From: Piedraia hortae CBS 480.64 | Taxonomy: Eukaryota | Direction: 5' to 3' | Assembly: GCA_010093745.1 (NCBI GenBank) | Contig: MU005971.1 | Location: 248,128-307,400 of the forward strand | Length of the DNA stretch: 59,273 nt | Shown: positions 11,880 to 21,581 of the stretch, in pieces | How positions within the stretch are numbered: position 1 is the stretch's first letter | How the letters are laid out: every line of letters begins with the position of its first letter | Made by a program: the position numbers and the translations under genes | Notes under the pieces: generated by a model | Database searches by the model: none | What the model was told of the DNA's origin: nothing | The model's input: only the letters and a program-made list of their open reading frames with translations

Positions 11880-12010
11880 CCTAGATGACATCTTGGGAGA
11901 GTCAGTGGTGGGTACGACGTGGGTGTGGAATGTCGGTATTCGTTTATGCATGTAGCCTGGGTAGATAATTTTACCTGACGTCCTACTTAAGTCATCCTAA
12001 AGACGATGAA

Positions 12011-14407
12011 ATGAGTCTGCCTCCAGATGGCCTGACGGCGCGGAGGTTGGAACACGCAACGGCCGAGCATCTACACGCCACCACCACTCGAATATTCATC
12101 GGGCCCATTCCAGATAATATAGGGTATAAGAAGCCATGGAGTGCCATTCTGCGTAGAAACACGCAGCCATCCACACCTGCTGTCCAACCCTCCACCACCC
12201 TCCAACCCGTAACCCAGCAAGGGAACAACACCCCCGAAGTCCCATCTCTCGATGGCGAAACCCAAAGCAGCGCCGAACGAGCGACCAGCACGACCAGCCT
12301 CCTGGGTCGCCGTCCACAAACCGACCGAGCGGAGCACCAACCCTCAGGCAGCCTCCCAGGCAGCCTCCCAGGCAGCCCCCCAGCCAACACCCCCTCGCCT
12401 CTTCGCACCCACCTCCGTGCGAAAACCCAACGCCTCCTCGCCCTGGGCGCCTTCCACACCACCAGCATTCCGGACGGAGAAATCCTCAAACTCAACCGCA
12501 TGCTCATCCGCATCGACACGGCCCTCAAACCCCTCGGGAACGACCTCAACGAGCACATTAGCTCCACCATCCCCTCCCACGTAACCCGCACGTGGCGAGA
12601 ATACATCCTCGTCTGTCGCAAACATACACCCCAAACCATCCTGCAACTCTACCAAACCCGCATCATCACGAAAAACCAGCCCCTCAAAACCCACAAACAC
12701 CCCAAAGCCATCATCCCCCTAGACCCCAAAACCATAAACATAAATCTCTACTCCCCCCTAGACAAAACCCTCTGTCTCTGGACCGCAAACAAAATCTTTT
12801 ACCTAAACCCGCAGTCCGGGTCGACAAGTCTAGAATGGTATACATTCCTGCACACCCTGCTTGGCTGGAGGCGCGCAGCAGCACTAGATATCTCCGTCCC
12901 CGACTTGAATGTCACGCTCCGCATCAACGAGCCCTTCAAACAAATAAAATCCCTTGCAAGGGAGAGCAGCACGGAGAATATTCGCTCGCTGGATGCGGAA
13001 CGCGATGTCGCCGAGTCTATAATCCGGCAGAGTAGGGAGATTGTTCGGAATGTTCCTGGAGCTGAGGAGGTTAGCTCCCGCTGGACGCGGCTGGGGCTCG
13101 CGTGGAGGAGGTACGATCGCCTCGAGTGGGTCTATGGTCCATTCGAACAGCAGATGTTTGGCACGATTGCGATGGTGGAGAGCCATGATCTCGAGGTGAG
13201 GGGGAAGGTGCATTATCCTACTGCTGTGAAGGGGCAGGATGGGCAGGGAGGGATGCTCCGCGAGCCGCCGCCCGTGGAGGGGTTCTTGGCCCGCGTGGGG
13301 GAGAAGAAAGTGACGAGGGGGTTTTACTACGTGCAGGACCAGCTGCTTTTTTATGTAAAAGCCGGGAAGGCGATCTTGCCGGTTCTTGGGAGGGCAGATG
13401 AGGGTGAGGTGCTGACGCGGGAGATCATTCCTTACCCGTTGGATGGGGAAGGGGGGATTGAGTGGTTGACCGGTGGGCAGGATGCGGCGGCGTGGGATCG
13501 GAAAGTTGAGGAGGAGGCGGAGAGGTGTTTCCGCTTGGTGCTAAGCAGTGAAGGTTTCGTTGACCTCACCCAGATTACGGATGTATGCGAAGGGGATGGG
13601 GAGGGTGTGTTTGAGTTGAGGATGAGAAACGGAGGGGCAATTCGCCTCCAAGCACACGACGAAGAGACGAGGGACGAATGGATACCCCGCCTGCGCGCAC
13701 TATGCACCTTCTGGACGCAGCGGATAAAGGCGGATGTTGAGTTGATCAACTCTGTGAGAAGAGAGAACCTCCAAACCCTCAAAATCGACGAAGGTATCGA
13801 GACGATTGTCTCCTCTTCCGCACCGAAGTGGGAGACGAGAAGAGCGTTTGCGAGTCCAACAATTTATAATTTCTGTGGCATTGCTCAGTGTAGGACTATC
13901 CACCTAAGTGGGGTTCTGTTCAGGAAGCCGAGAAGATATGCTACCTTTACACGCTGTTTTGTTGTGCTCTGTCAGGGACAATTGATCCTCTTTAGGGAGC
14001 GCCAGAGGGTTGGGGTGCTCGACTTGAAGGATTGTTATCTGTATTCGGGCGCGCTGACGGAGAATGATGTCCTGTATCACAATCGGACGTTTGATTCGAA
14101 TCAGCCGGGTAGAGATGCCCTGCCGAGGTATTACCCCGAGGATGGGTGGAGGAGTACAGATGAGGACTCGGGGTTGACGTTTGTGGTTTGGAGATCGATG
14201 GCGAGGGCTTGGGTTTGGGGTGATGGTAAAGGCGAGGTGAGTAGATTGGCGAGGGTGGCGAAGTTGGGGTCAAAGGGGAGGAGCGTGGTTTTCAAAGCGA
14301 GGAGTCGGGTTGAGAGGGATCGCTGGGTTATGGGTATTCAGGTCGAGATCGAGAGGTTGATTGCGAGGAGGAAGGGGGATGATGATTATTTGAGGTTGGT
14401 GGATTGA
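12011..14407 (+). CDS. SPO71: Spo71/Mug56-like PH-domain sporulation protein
   Basis: N-terminal RLEHATAEHLH...IFIGPIP, LYSPLDKT, LAWRRYDRLEW, and PH-like ends (DEWIPRLRAL; FKARSRVERDRWV). Intronless 798 aa. Confidence 0.72.
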   Translation: MSLPPDGLTARRLEHATAEHLHATTTRIFIGPIPDNIGYKKPWSAILRRNTQPSTPAVQPSTTLQPVTQQGNNTPEVPSLDGETQSSAERATSTTSLLGRRPQTDRAEHQPSGSLPGSLPGSPPANTPSPLRTHLRAKTQRLLALGAFHTTSIPDGEILKLNRMLIRIDTALKPLGNDLNEHISSTIPSHVTRTWREYILVCRKHTPQTILQLYQTRIITKNQPLKTHKHPKAIIPLDPKTININLYSPLDKTLCLWTANKIFYLNPQSGSTSLEWYTFLHTLLGWRRAAALDISVPDLNVTLRINEPFKQIKSLARESSTENIRSLDAERDVAESIIRQSREIVRNVPGAEEVSSRWTRLGLAWRRYDRLEWVYGPFEQQMFGTIAMVESHDLEVRGKVHYPTAVKGQDGQGGMLREPPPVEGFLARVGEKKVTRGFYYVQDQLLFYVKAGKAILPVLGRADEGEVLTREIIPYPLDGEGGIEWLTGGQDAAAWDRKVEEEAERCFRLVLSSEGFVDLTQITDVCEGDGEGVFELRMRNGGAIRLQAHDEETRDEWIPRLRALCTFWTQRIKADVELINSVRRENLQTLKIDEGIETIVSSSAPKWETRRAFASPTIYNFCGIAQCRTIHLSGVLFRKPRRYATFTRCFVVLCQGQLILFRERQRVGVLDLKDCYLYSGALTENDVLYHNRTFDSNQPGRDALPRYYPEDGWRSTDEDSGLTFVVWRSMARAWVWGDGKGEVSRLARVAKLGSKGRSVVFKARSRVERDRWVMGIQVEIERLIARRKGDDDYLRLVD

Positions 14408-14461
14408 AGTTGGATACCCTACCTTGATGGCGCCCGGTCTTGGAGGATTGATTGTCTGTAT

Positions 14462-15391
14462 CTACTGCTCCGCTACAGCATCGTCGCTGGCGCTCTCGTC
14501 CTCGTCGCCGCTGACTTCTTGATTCTCCTTTTCTCGCTTGTCCATGAGCGCCTGCAGCTCTGCGTCGTCGTTTTCCGTCACCGCCTTGGGCTCCATCTTG
14601 ACCTTGAGCTCGCCGTTGGCTTCTTTTATGCTGGTGGAAATTGCACGTATGGCTTCTTCCAGTATGGCCACGCCGCCGTTCTTGTCCAGCGTCTGGCAGG
14701 TGAGAACGTACAGCGGCGGACTCACCAGCCGCACCTTGACCTGTGTGTCAGCCGTGGACTTGCTCTCCGCCGTGCGCAGAGCTGTCTTAATAGCGTCAAT
14801 GCCGTCGTAGCGGAAACACGTCACCTCCACGTCCGCGCGCACCTTGATCGGTTGTGGCGTCAGACGCTTGGCGATTTGTCCCAGCAACTCGCCGCGTACG
14901 GCTTCGGAGCAGAATTTGGTCGTTTCCCAGACCTCTGGGTTCGTAATTGAGAGCTTGAATGCGTCAATGGAATGGCCGTAGCGACGGTTCAGCGGCCAGC
15001 AAATGTCTTCATACAGTTGCTCAATCGGCGTGTTTGTCTTCTCGGCCACGTGGCGCATGATGGAATGCACCAGTTTGCTCTTGTTGTAGCGCTCCTCACA
15101 GCGCACAATGTCCTCGGGGCTGACGCGTCGCTTGCTGAGGTCAATGTAGCCCTTTTCGCGGTCGACACGCAGCACCACCACCACCTCGTTGCGCCCGACG
15201 CGGATTAGTTTCTGAATCGACCGAATTCGACGTCGCGAGAGCTCCGACAGCAAGATCATGCCGTCAATGTTGTCGTATTCGAGCAGTTTTACATACGCAC
15301 CCATTTCCTGGATCGACTTGACGTTGACCATAACAAACGAGTCGATGTTGGGGTATTTTTCCTCATAGTAGCGGCAGTTTGTGAGCGACAT
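14462..15391 (-). CDS. SUI2: Translation initiation factor eIF2 alpha
   Basis: MSLTNCRYYEEKYP...GMILLSELSRRRIRSIQKLIRVGR (Ser51 loop)...KGYIDLSKRRVS. True ATG at 15391. Confidence 0.98.
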   Translation of the reverse strand: MSLTNCRYYEEKYPNIDSFVMVNVKSIQEMGAYVKLLEYDNIDGMILLSELSRRRIRSIQKLIRVGRNEVVVVLRVDREKGYIDLSKRRVSPEDIVRCEERYNKSKLVHSIMRHVAEKTNTPIEQLYEDICWPLNRRYGHSIDAFKLSITNPEVWETTKFCSEAVRGELLGQIAKRLTPQPIKVRADVEVTCFRYDGIDAIKTALRTAESKSTADTQVKVRLVSPPLYVLTCQTLDKNGGVAILEEAIRAISTSIKEANGELKVKMEPKAVTENDDAELQALMDKREKENQEVSGDEDESASDDAVAEQ

Positions 15392-15517
15392 GGCCGTGTG
15401 TAGTGTAGATACAGCTATGCTCTGAGAAAATTTAGGGTGACGTTCCGTGGCTCCGCCCGGTGACGTGCACCCCACTCCATCTGATTGTCCATCTGATTAC
15501 TGCCCCACCTCCCAACA

Positions 15518-16080
15518 TCACCTCTCACTCCCACTCTCTTCCCCAGTGCTCATCCCCGGCCTAACCTCTTTGCCTCCCTTTGCCCTCCAGTCATTCCAGC
15601 TGCCCCTATATTCCTTGATGTTCTGGTACCCCGCCTGCTGTGCCAACATGGCAGCTGCATTGGACCTCACTCCTGACCTGCAGTAGAACACAACTTCTTT
15701 GTTGGCCTCTGGCTTTGGAAACCCAAATCGGTCCTCAAAGTCTTCGGCCGAGAGCAGGATGGCATCCGGCTGCGATTTGATGGGTATGTTGACCGCCCCG
15801 GGAATGTACCCTTCTTCAAACTCTGCCGGTTCACGGACGTCTATCTGTATTAGTGGAGGGGGATAATAGTGTGTACATGCTGACCAATGATGATTGTTTC
15901 AGTGGATGGCGACTCTGTAAACCCTTTGATCTGGTCAAAATCGTAAATGTTGTTCTGCGGTGGCGTGGAGTGCCATCTCTGGGTAATCACAGGCCTTGCT
16001 ATTGGTCGACAGGCAACAGTAGAGGCTCGAAAGCAGGGACGCGTCCTGATGGGCAGGAACATGACCCTTCTGACCGCCAT
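15518..16080 (-). CDS. Mitochondrial single-domain rhodanese (thiosulfate sulfurtransferase, Rdl1/Rdl2-like)
   Basis: Missed in full by the ORF track. Exon 16080-15885 and a 44-nt intron 15884-15841 give IIIDVREPAEFEEGYIPGAVNIP...VVFYCRSGVRS...YRGSWNDW. Arg-rich presequence. Confidence 0.9.
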
Positions 16081-16193
16081 GTCTTTGCAATGTCGTCGCT
16101 GTCAACCAGTCGGGAGTAGCCGTAGCGCTGTCACGCTAACCCGTTCGAGATAGCTCGTTGCAGCACTCCAATCGCTGTATTCCAGGCACTCTC

Positions 16194-19100
16194 ATGGCCG
16201 CCATCAAGGCCATTGAAAGCCGCTCAGTTCATCAAATCCAATCCGGTCAGGTCATTGTTGACTTACAATCTGTCGTCAAAGAATTGGTAGAAAACAGTCT
16301 CGACGCGGGAGCTACCAGAATCGATATTCGCTTCAAAAACCAAGGATTAGATAGCATCGAAGTCCAGGATAATGGCAAAGGCATCGCCCCAGCCGACTAT
16401 GAAGGTGTCGCCTTGAAACACTGGACTAGTAAACTCCAAAACTATAATGACCTGAACACGTTGGAAACATTTGGCTTCCGCGGAGAAGCGTTGTCAAGTC
16501 TCTGTGCATTGTCAAAGTTGTATGTAATCACTGCCCGGGCTGAAGACGGTGCTGTGGGCAAACGGCTGGAATATGACATATCTGGAAAGCTTAAGAACAC
16601 TTCAGTCATAGCTGCCCAAAAGGGTACCACCGTTGTGGTTGAAAGTCTCTTTCATAACCTGCCTGTAAGGAGGAAAGAGCTTGAAAAAAACTGCAAACGC
16701 GAATATGGCAAGGCGTTGAATTTGTTATATGCGTATGCCTGCGTTGCTGTTAACATCCGATTTACTCTAAGTAATCAGATGCCAAAGGGTAACAAGACCG
16801 TCGTGATCTCCACCAAAGGAAATGAAACCGTACGGGATAACATTGCGAATGTTTTTGGTGCAAAAGTCCTGCCGACTCTTATTAAACTTGATCTGCAACT
16901 GGAAATGACGCCCAGCGGGAGTACTTCTATCCTGAAACGATCAAAGTCTGATGGATCTACAAAGGTTGAAGTGCAAGGACACATTTCCAAGCCCATCTTT
17001 GGCCAAGGCAGACAGGCTCCTGATCGACAAATGTTTTTTGTAAACTCTCGTCCATGCCAGCTGCCACAAGTTTCCAAAGCTTTCAATCAAGTTTACAAGA
17101 GTTTCAACGTCACGCAGACGCCATTCATCTTTGCCAATCTTATCATGGATACGAATGCTTACGATGTAAATGTCAGTCCCGATAAGAGGACAATCATGCT
17201 GCATGACCAGGTGGAGTTGCTGGAGGGACTCAAAGCCTCTCTGACAGAATTATTCGAGCAGACCGACCAAACCGTCCCGCAGTCAACGTCAATGTCGCAG
17301 AAGAGCTTGCCACGGTTTTGTCCCTTGGCAGTAACCAGTTCTGCCTTAATGGATGATGACCAGACTCTGAGCGAGCCTGTCGTTATTTCTGATCCGAACT
17401 CGTCACCTAAACTACCCCTTCGCTCTGCATCGAGCAAACCAGTCCCTTCCAACAAGTCAGTTAATCTGCCAGTATCAACTCAGCCGCCATCTACAAACCT
17501 GACTGTTCCAACCCAATCACCATCCACAAATCTGCCTATCTCAACCCAACCACCATCCTCAAACCTGCCAATTCCGACCCAACCACCCTCCCACCCACAA
17601 TCATCCCCCTCCCACCCTCCCCAATGGCAAACAACCTCCCCCGGTTCGCAGAGAATAGACCCACCCGGTCCCATAGCCAATGCCTTCGACCGCATGCGTC
17701 CAAAGCGGTCTCAGGTGCAAACCGCGGAGATATCTATTGGAGATGTCACCACCACCACACCGATTGGAAGTTCAAATAAGAGGAGGAGGATCCATGAGCC
17801 CGTGAATAGGGATGCGATTGCAGCATTTAGTTCGAGCCCGCCGTCGGGGCTGGGGAGGTTTGCGGTTGGGAGGAGGGGGGTAGGGTGCAAGCATGTAGAA
17901 GAGCGGTCTGAGATGTCGGATGTTCCGCATGCTAGGAGGTGGAGGAAGGGGGTGGATCTGGAAGAGGATGGTAAGGATGTGGATGAGGAGGTGGGTGATC
18001 AAGATATGGACGCTGTGGAGCGGGAAGGAGAAGAGGCGGAGGAGGGAGATGAGCCCACTTCCGCTGGCAGCAAAGTGACTAAGCTCGCTGTGCAGATATC
18101 AGATGGGGAGGGGGAAGAGGCAGAAGCGGATGATTCTGCCGAAGACGAGCAGGATGACGATGAAGAGGAACAATATGACGATGAGGCCGATGACGATGAG
18201 GCCGAACGTGATGAGCAGTATGACGATGAAGACGAGCAAGATGACGATGTGGCCGAGCAAGGTGCCTCTGAATCCGATCACGAAATCGCCCCTCACCCAA
18301 TCCCACTTCCCAAACCCCCCATCTACAAATCCGACCCCCTAACAAATAAATCACACCCTACTCTATCCCTCCACCAAACCCTCACAACCTCCCTCGCAGC
18401 AATAACCCAACTCTTCTCCATCCTCCCCCACGCATCAAACCCATCCAGCAAACCCACAAACATATCCGACCGCACGCTCTCCGAACCCCTAACAATCCAC
18501 AAATCAGATTTTGCTCGCATGAGAATTGTCGGGCAGTTTAATAGGGGGTTTATCCTTGCTTTGCTGTCGACATTGCCATCATCGACATCATCGTCTTCCT
18601 CCCATCCCGAATCTTCGACGGTCGTAGCATCCCCCCATTCCGATTCATCTACTTCGTCCTCCAATCCCGACCCGTCTTCGAAAAAAACGGACTCGTCGTT
18701 GTCGTCGCCCTCCTCCAACCCCTCCCATCCCGAATCTTCAAAAGATGAGTTGTTTATAATAGACCAACACGCCGCCGACGAGAAATTTAATTATGAAAGG
18801 CTTTGCAAGCTGCCGATGACGATGCAGAGGCTTGTGAGGCCGATTAGGTTGGAGTTGACGGCTAGTCAGGTGGAGGTTGTGCGAATGTTTAGGAGGGTGT
18901 TGGGGACGAGTGGGTTTGAGATTGAATGTAGGGAAGGGGGGGGTGATGGGGATGACAACGAAGGAGGCAAATACGAAAAAGGAGACAAGAATGAAGAATG
19001 TGGTAATGCAGGGGAATGTGATCATGATGGAGGGTGTGATGACAACGCAGGAGGTAGTGATGAAGGCGGGAATAAGGAAGACGGATGTGATAACCAAGCC

Positions 19101-19565
19101 GGAAACAACAACATAATTTGGAGTAATAAGGGGAGGGGATGTGATAACGAAACCGGAGGCGATAATGAAAGCGGCTGTAACGAAACCGGACGCAACGACC
19201 AAACCGGCTCTGACGAAGCCGGACGTGTTGGAGGCGGATGTAACACCACCCCACCCAAATTCCTCCTTCACACCCTCCCCGTCAGCGGGAACACCACCTT
19301 TAACATAACTGACCTGGAAGAACTTTTGCACACTCTTTTCGAAGGTGGAGGTAGTTTGGAAAGAAAACATACTCTCTGTGCCATGAGGGCATGCAGAAGC
19401 AGTGTCATGGTTGGAAGGCCGCTAAAATTCAGAGAGATGGAGAGGATTGTAAAGAATCTAGGGAACATGGAGAAGCCGTGGAGTTGTCCTCACGGTAGGC
19501 CGACGATGAGGCATTTGATTAGTTTGGGGGGGCTGGGGTGGGGAGATGATGAACTGGGGATCTGA
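16194..19565 (+). CDS. PMS1: MutL-family mismatch repair endonuclease (yeast Pms1 / human PMS2)
   Basis: VKELVENSLDAGA, DNGKGI, GFRGEALSSL, DVNVSPDKR, GQFN, DQHAADEKFNYE, ACR and CPHGRP motifs. Confidence 0.96.
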   Translation: MAAIKAIESRSVHQIQSGQVIVDLQSVVKELVENSLDAGATRIDIRFKNQGLDSIEVQDNGKGIAPADYEGVALKHWTSKLQNYNDLNTLETFGFRGEALSSLCALSKLYVITARAEDGAVGKRLEYDISGKLKNTSVIAAQKGTTVVVESLFHNLPVRRKELEKNCKREYGKALNLLYAYACVAVNIRFTLSNQMPKGNKTVVISTKGNETVRDNIANVFGAKVLPTLIKLDLQLEMTPSGSTSILKRSKSDGSTKVEVQGHISKPIFGQGRQAPDRQMFFVNSRPCQLPQVSKAFNQVYKSFNVTQTPFIFANLIMDTNAYDVNVSPDKRTIMLHDQVELLEGLKASLTELFEQTDQTVPQSTSMSQKSLPRFCPLAVTSSALMDDDQTLSEPVVISDPNSSPKLPLRSASSKPVPSNKSVNLPVSTQPPSTNLTVPTQSPSTNLPISTQPPSSNLPIPTQPPSHPQSSPSHPPQWQTTSPGSQRIDPPGPIANAFDRMRPKRSQVQTAEISIGDVTTTTPIGSSNKRRRIHEPVNRDAIAAFSSSPPSGLGRFAVGRRGVGCKHVEERSEMSDVPHARRWRKGVDLEEDGKDVDEEVGDQDMDAVEREGEEAEEGDEPTSAGSKVTKLAVQISDGEGEEAEADDSAEDEQDDDEEEQYDDEADDDEAERDEQYDDEDEQDDDVAEQGASESDHEIAPHPIPLPKPPIYKSDPLTNKSHPTLSLHQTLTTSLAAITQLFSILPHASNPSSKPTNISDRTLSEPLTIHKSDFARMRIVGQFNRGFILALLSTLPSSTSSSSSHPESSTVVASPHSDSSTSSSNPDPSSKKTDSSLSSPSSNPSHPESSKDELFIIDQHAADEKFNYERLCKLPMTMQRLVRPIRLELTASQVEVVRMFRRVLGTSGFEIECREGGGDGDDNEGGKYEKGDKNEECGNAGECDHDGGCDDNAGGSDEGGNKEDGCDNQAGNNNIIWSNKGRGCDNETGGDNESGCNETGRNDQTGSDEAGRVGGGCNTTPPKFLLHTLPVSGNTTFNITDLEELLHTLFEGGGSLERKHTLCAMRACRSSVMVGRPLKFREMERIVKNLGNMEKPWSCPHGRPTMRHLISLGGLGWGDDELGI
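17464..17595 (+). repeat. Coding minisatellite, about 33-bp unit x4 (NLPVSTQPPST-like) in the PMS1 linker
   Basis: NLPVSTQPPST/NLTVPTQSPST/NLPISTQPPSS/NLPIPTQPPSH. Confidence 0.85.
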
Positions 19566-20612
19566 GGGAACATGGCAGGGTACGGCGTCAAAAGGTGATA
19601 AGACTTGATGTTGTGTCTGAGATGATGAGCAGGGATGAATTTACATACAGTAATGTATTTCGTGGTGGAAATGGTGTGGTTGTGAGGGATCGTTGTGTGA
19701 GGGACCCACACTTCTCTCGATTTGTCCAATTTACCCTCTTCTAATCGAGTGATGAATAGAGGTCGAATTCTTCTTACTTGGTAGGTAAGTGACACGATCA
19801 TTCGGCCACCCGATTTTCCTGGACACGAACACATTTCCTACAAACTTTTTCAAGTTTCTAATGTGAATGATGAACATACTTTAACGCGAAGAATGATGGC
19901 CGCACAAACTGAACTTACACTCTCACATTTTCACGTGATTGGGTAAACCTCGCCCAACAACGAAACCTACCGCCCCTTTCACGCCGTGGGGAAAAGCGTA
20001 TGTGATGCAATACTGGCCTAGTACGCAGAAAAAAATTCTATTGGTGGAAGATACGATCAGCCTTGTATGTGAAAAGCACCGTCTCACCTGCGCAGCAGGA
20101 GAAAAATTTTCGTGCAGAAGTGGACTGAAGACGAAGGACGGAAAGACAGGTGGCACCCTATACTCGAAGAAGGATATTAGCTTGCATACAATACGTCAGG
20201 AACATCTCCGAGCTCGCATATCGCTTTGCAAATCTTTAACCTTTCCTTGACAACGAAGCTTATCCGCCCTACCCGCGCGGTAAAAAAAAAATAACCTGGT
20301 GGTGAGGAGTACGCAATATGGTGGACTTGCTCGCCAGAGGGACGACCGTTAGTATGCGTATGTTTTCGTCATCGTAATCACATTGTGAGCCTTGACTTGT
20401 ATTAGCTTTTAAACTCTATGAGAGACACCAACACAAGCAGAGAGAGAATTCTTGTGTCCTCACGCGTGACGTGGTGCGATCTGTCCCTTCCATCATATGA
20501 CAAAGACTAGCCCTGTGAATTTCATCACTCCCCGTCCTGGCCTGTAAACCTTCAGGGGGACTTTGAACAAGCGCCCTAAACCCTTATCTCCACCCGCCAC
20601 GCGGAACGAATC

Positions 20613-20918
20613 TGTCAGAAGGATTTGGCACCCACCATGACCAGAACTGTAGATAGAAGTCGAAACTTCTCGGGGTTTTTACCTCTGCAGAGGAAGTTTT
20701 CTCTGGGACGGGTCATTGTCTCGTTCATGCTTAAGGGCATGGTTCACTGACGTTGTCCTGGCGAATGCGGTTAGACTGAGGTAGTGGGGGGAGGGTTTCG
20801 AACATCACCTCAGAGAGACACAGACATCTACATTTCGCTTTTTCAGTCAAAGTTGAGTGAAAACTTTTGTCCTCGATATCCGCTCCCCTTTAGTTCTCGG
20901 AGGTTCACCCCTCCGACA
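20613..20918. mobile_element. Solo LTR (family A, copy 2)
   Basis: TGTCAGAAGG...CCCTCCGACA termini with a 4-bp TSD AATC (20609-12 and 20919-22). Homologous to 5779-6219. Confidence 0.88.
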
Positions 20919-21194
20919 AATCGTAAATAGAGAATTTGAGAAGTCCATAGCCGTGACACAATAACTTATCCCATTGCGACTTAAGATATATATAAAATCA
21001 TGATGCCCATGATGTCCCGTTGTTTGTCATCCCTTCGATCAAGCATACTTGCAGTGATAGCCTTCTTCCATGACCTTGCCTGTGAGCGCCAAGACATGAT
21101 TGGCTCGAGAAGTCACCACTCACCACGTCCTTTCCGCACTCCCCAAAACCTCTGCACACATAACCTCCTGCCAATCCTCAAACCTCCATGCAAT

Positions 21195-21581
21195 ATGGAT
21201 AGACGCAAGAAAGTCTTCCGCGCTTCGGCCAGCTGCAAAAAAGTACAATCGATATTCCCCAACCAAGCCAAGCCCACCGCTAACTTATCTCAGACCGAAA
21301 AGCTCTCGACCACATTCCGTTGTGTCTTCTGTAACTCCAAAGCTAGCGTGAGCGTTCTTATTGATGAGAAAAACCTAATTGGCAACCTTCGCTGCGATTG
21401 CGGCGTGACGTTTCAGCCTGCGAGCAGTATGGGGTCGTGTAAGTTTTTGATTAGATGGTGATGTTTTTGTGCTGGCTCAGGAAGTATGGACTGTTGAGGC
21501 TGATTCGTGCTAGTGATGGATGTTTAGTATGATTGGATTGATGCGTGCGACTACGTGGCGAAGGAGGAGAGGGAGATATAG
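21195..21581 (+). pseudogene. ELF1: Transcription elongation factor Elf1 pseudogene (intron-containing)
   Basis: MDRRKK..., intron, TEKLSTTFRCVFCNSKASVSV...LRCDCGVTFQ, intron, DV*YDWIDACDYVAKEE. In-frame TAG at 21525-27 where Elf1 has Tyr. The second CxxC is shortened to CDC. Confidence 0.82.
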
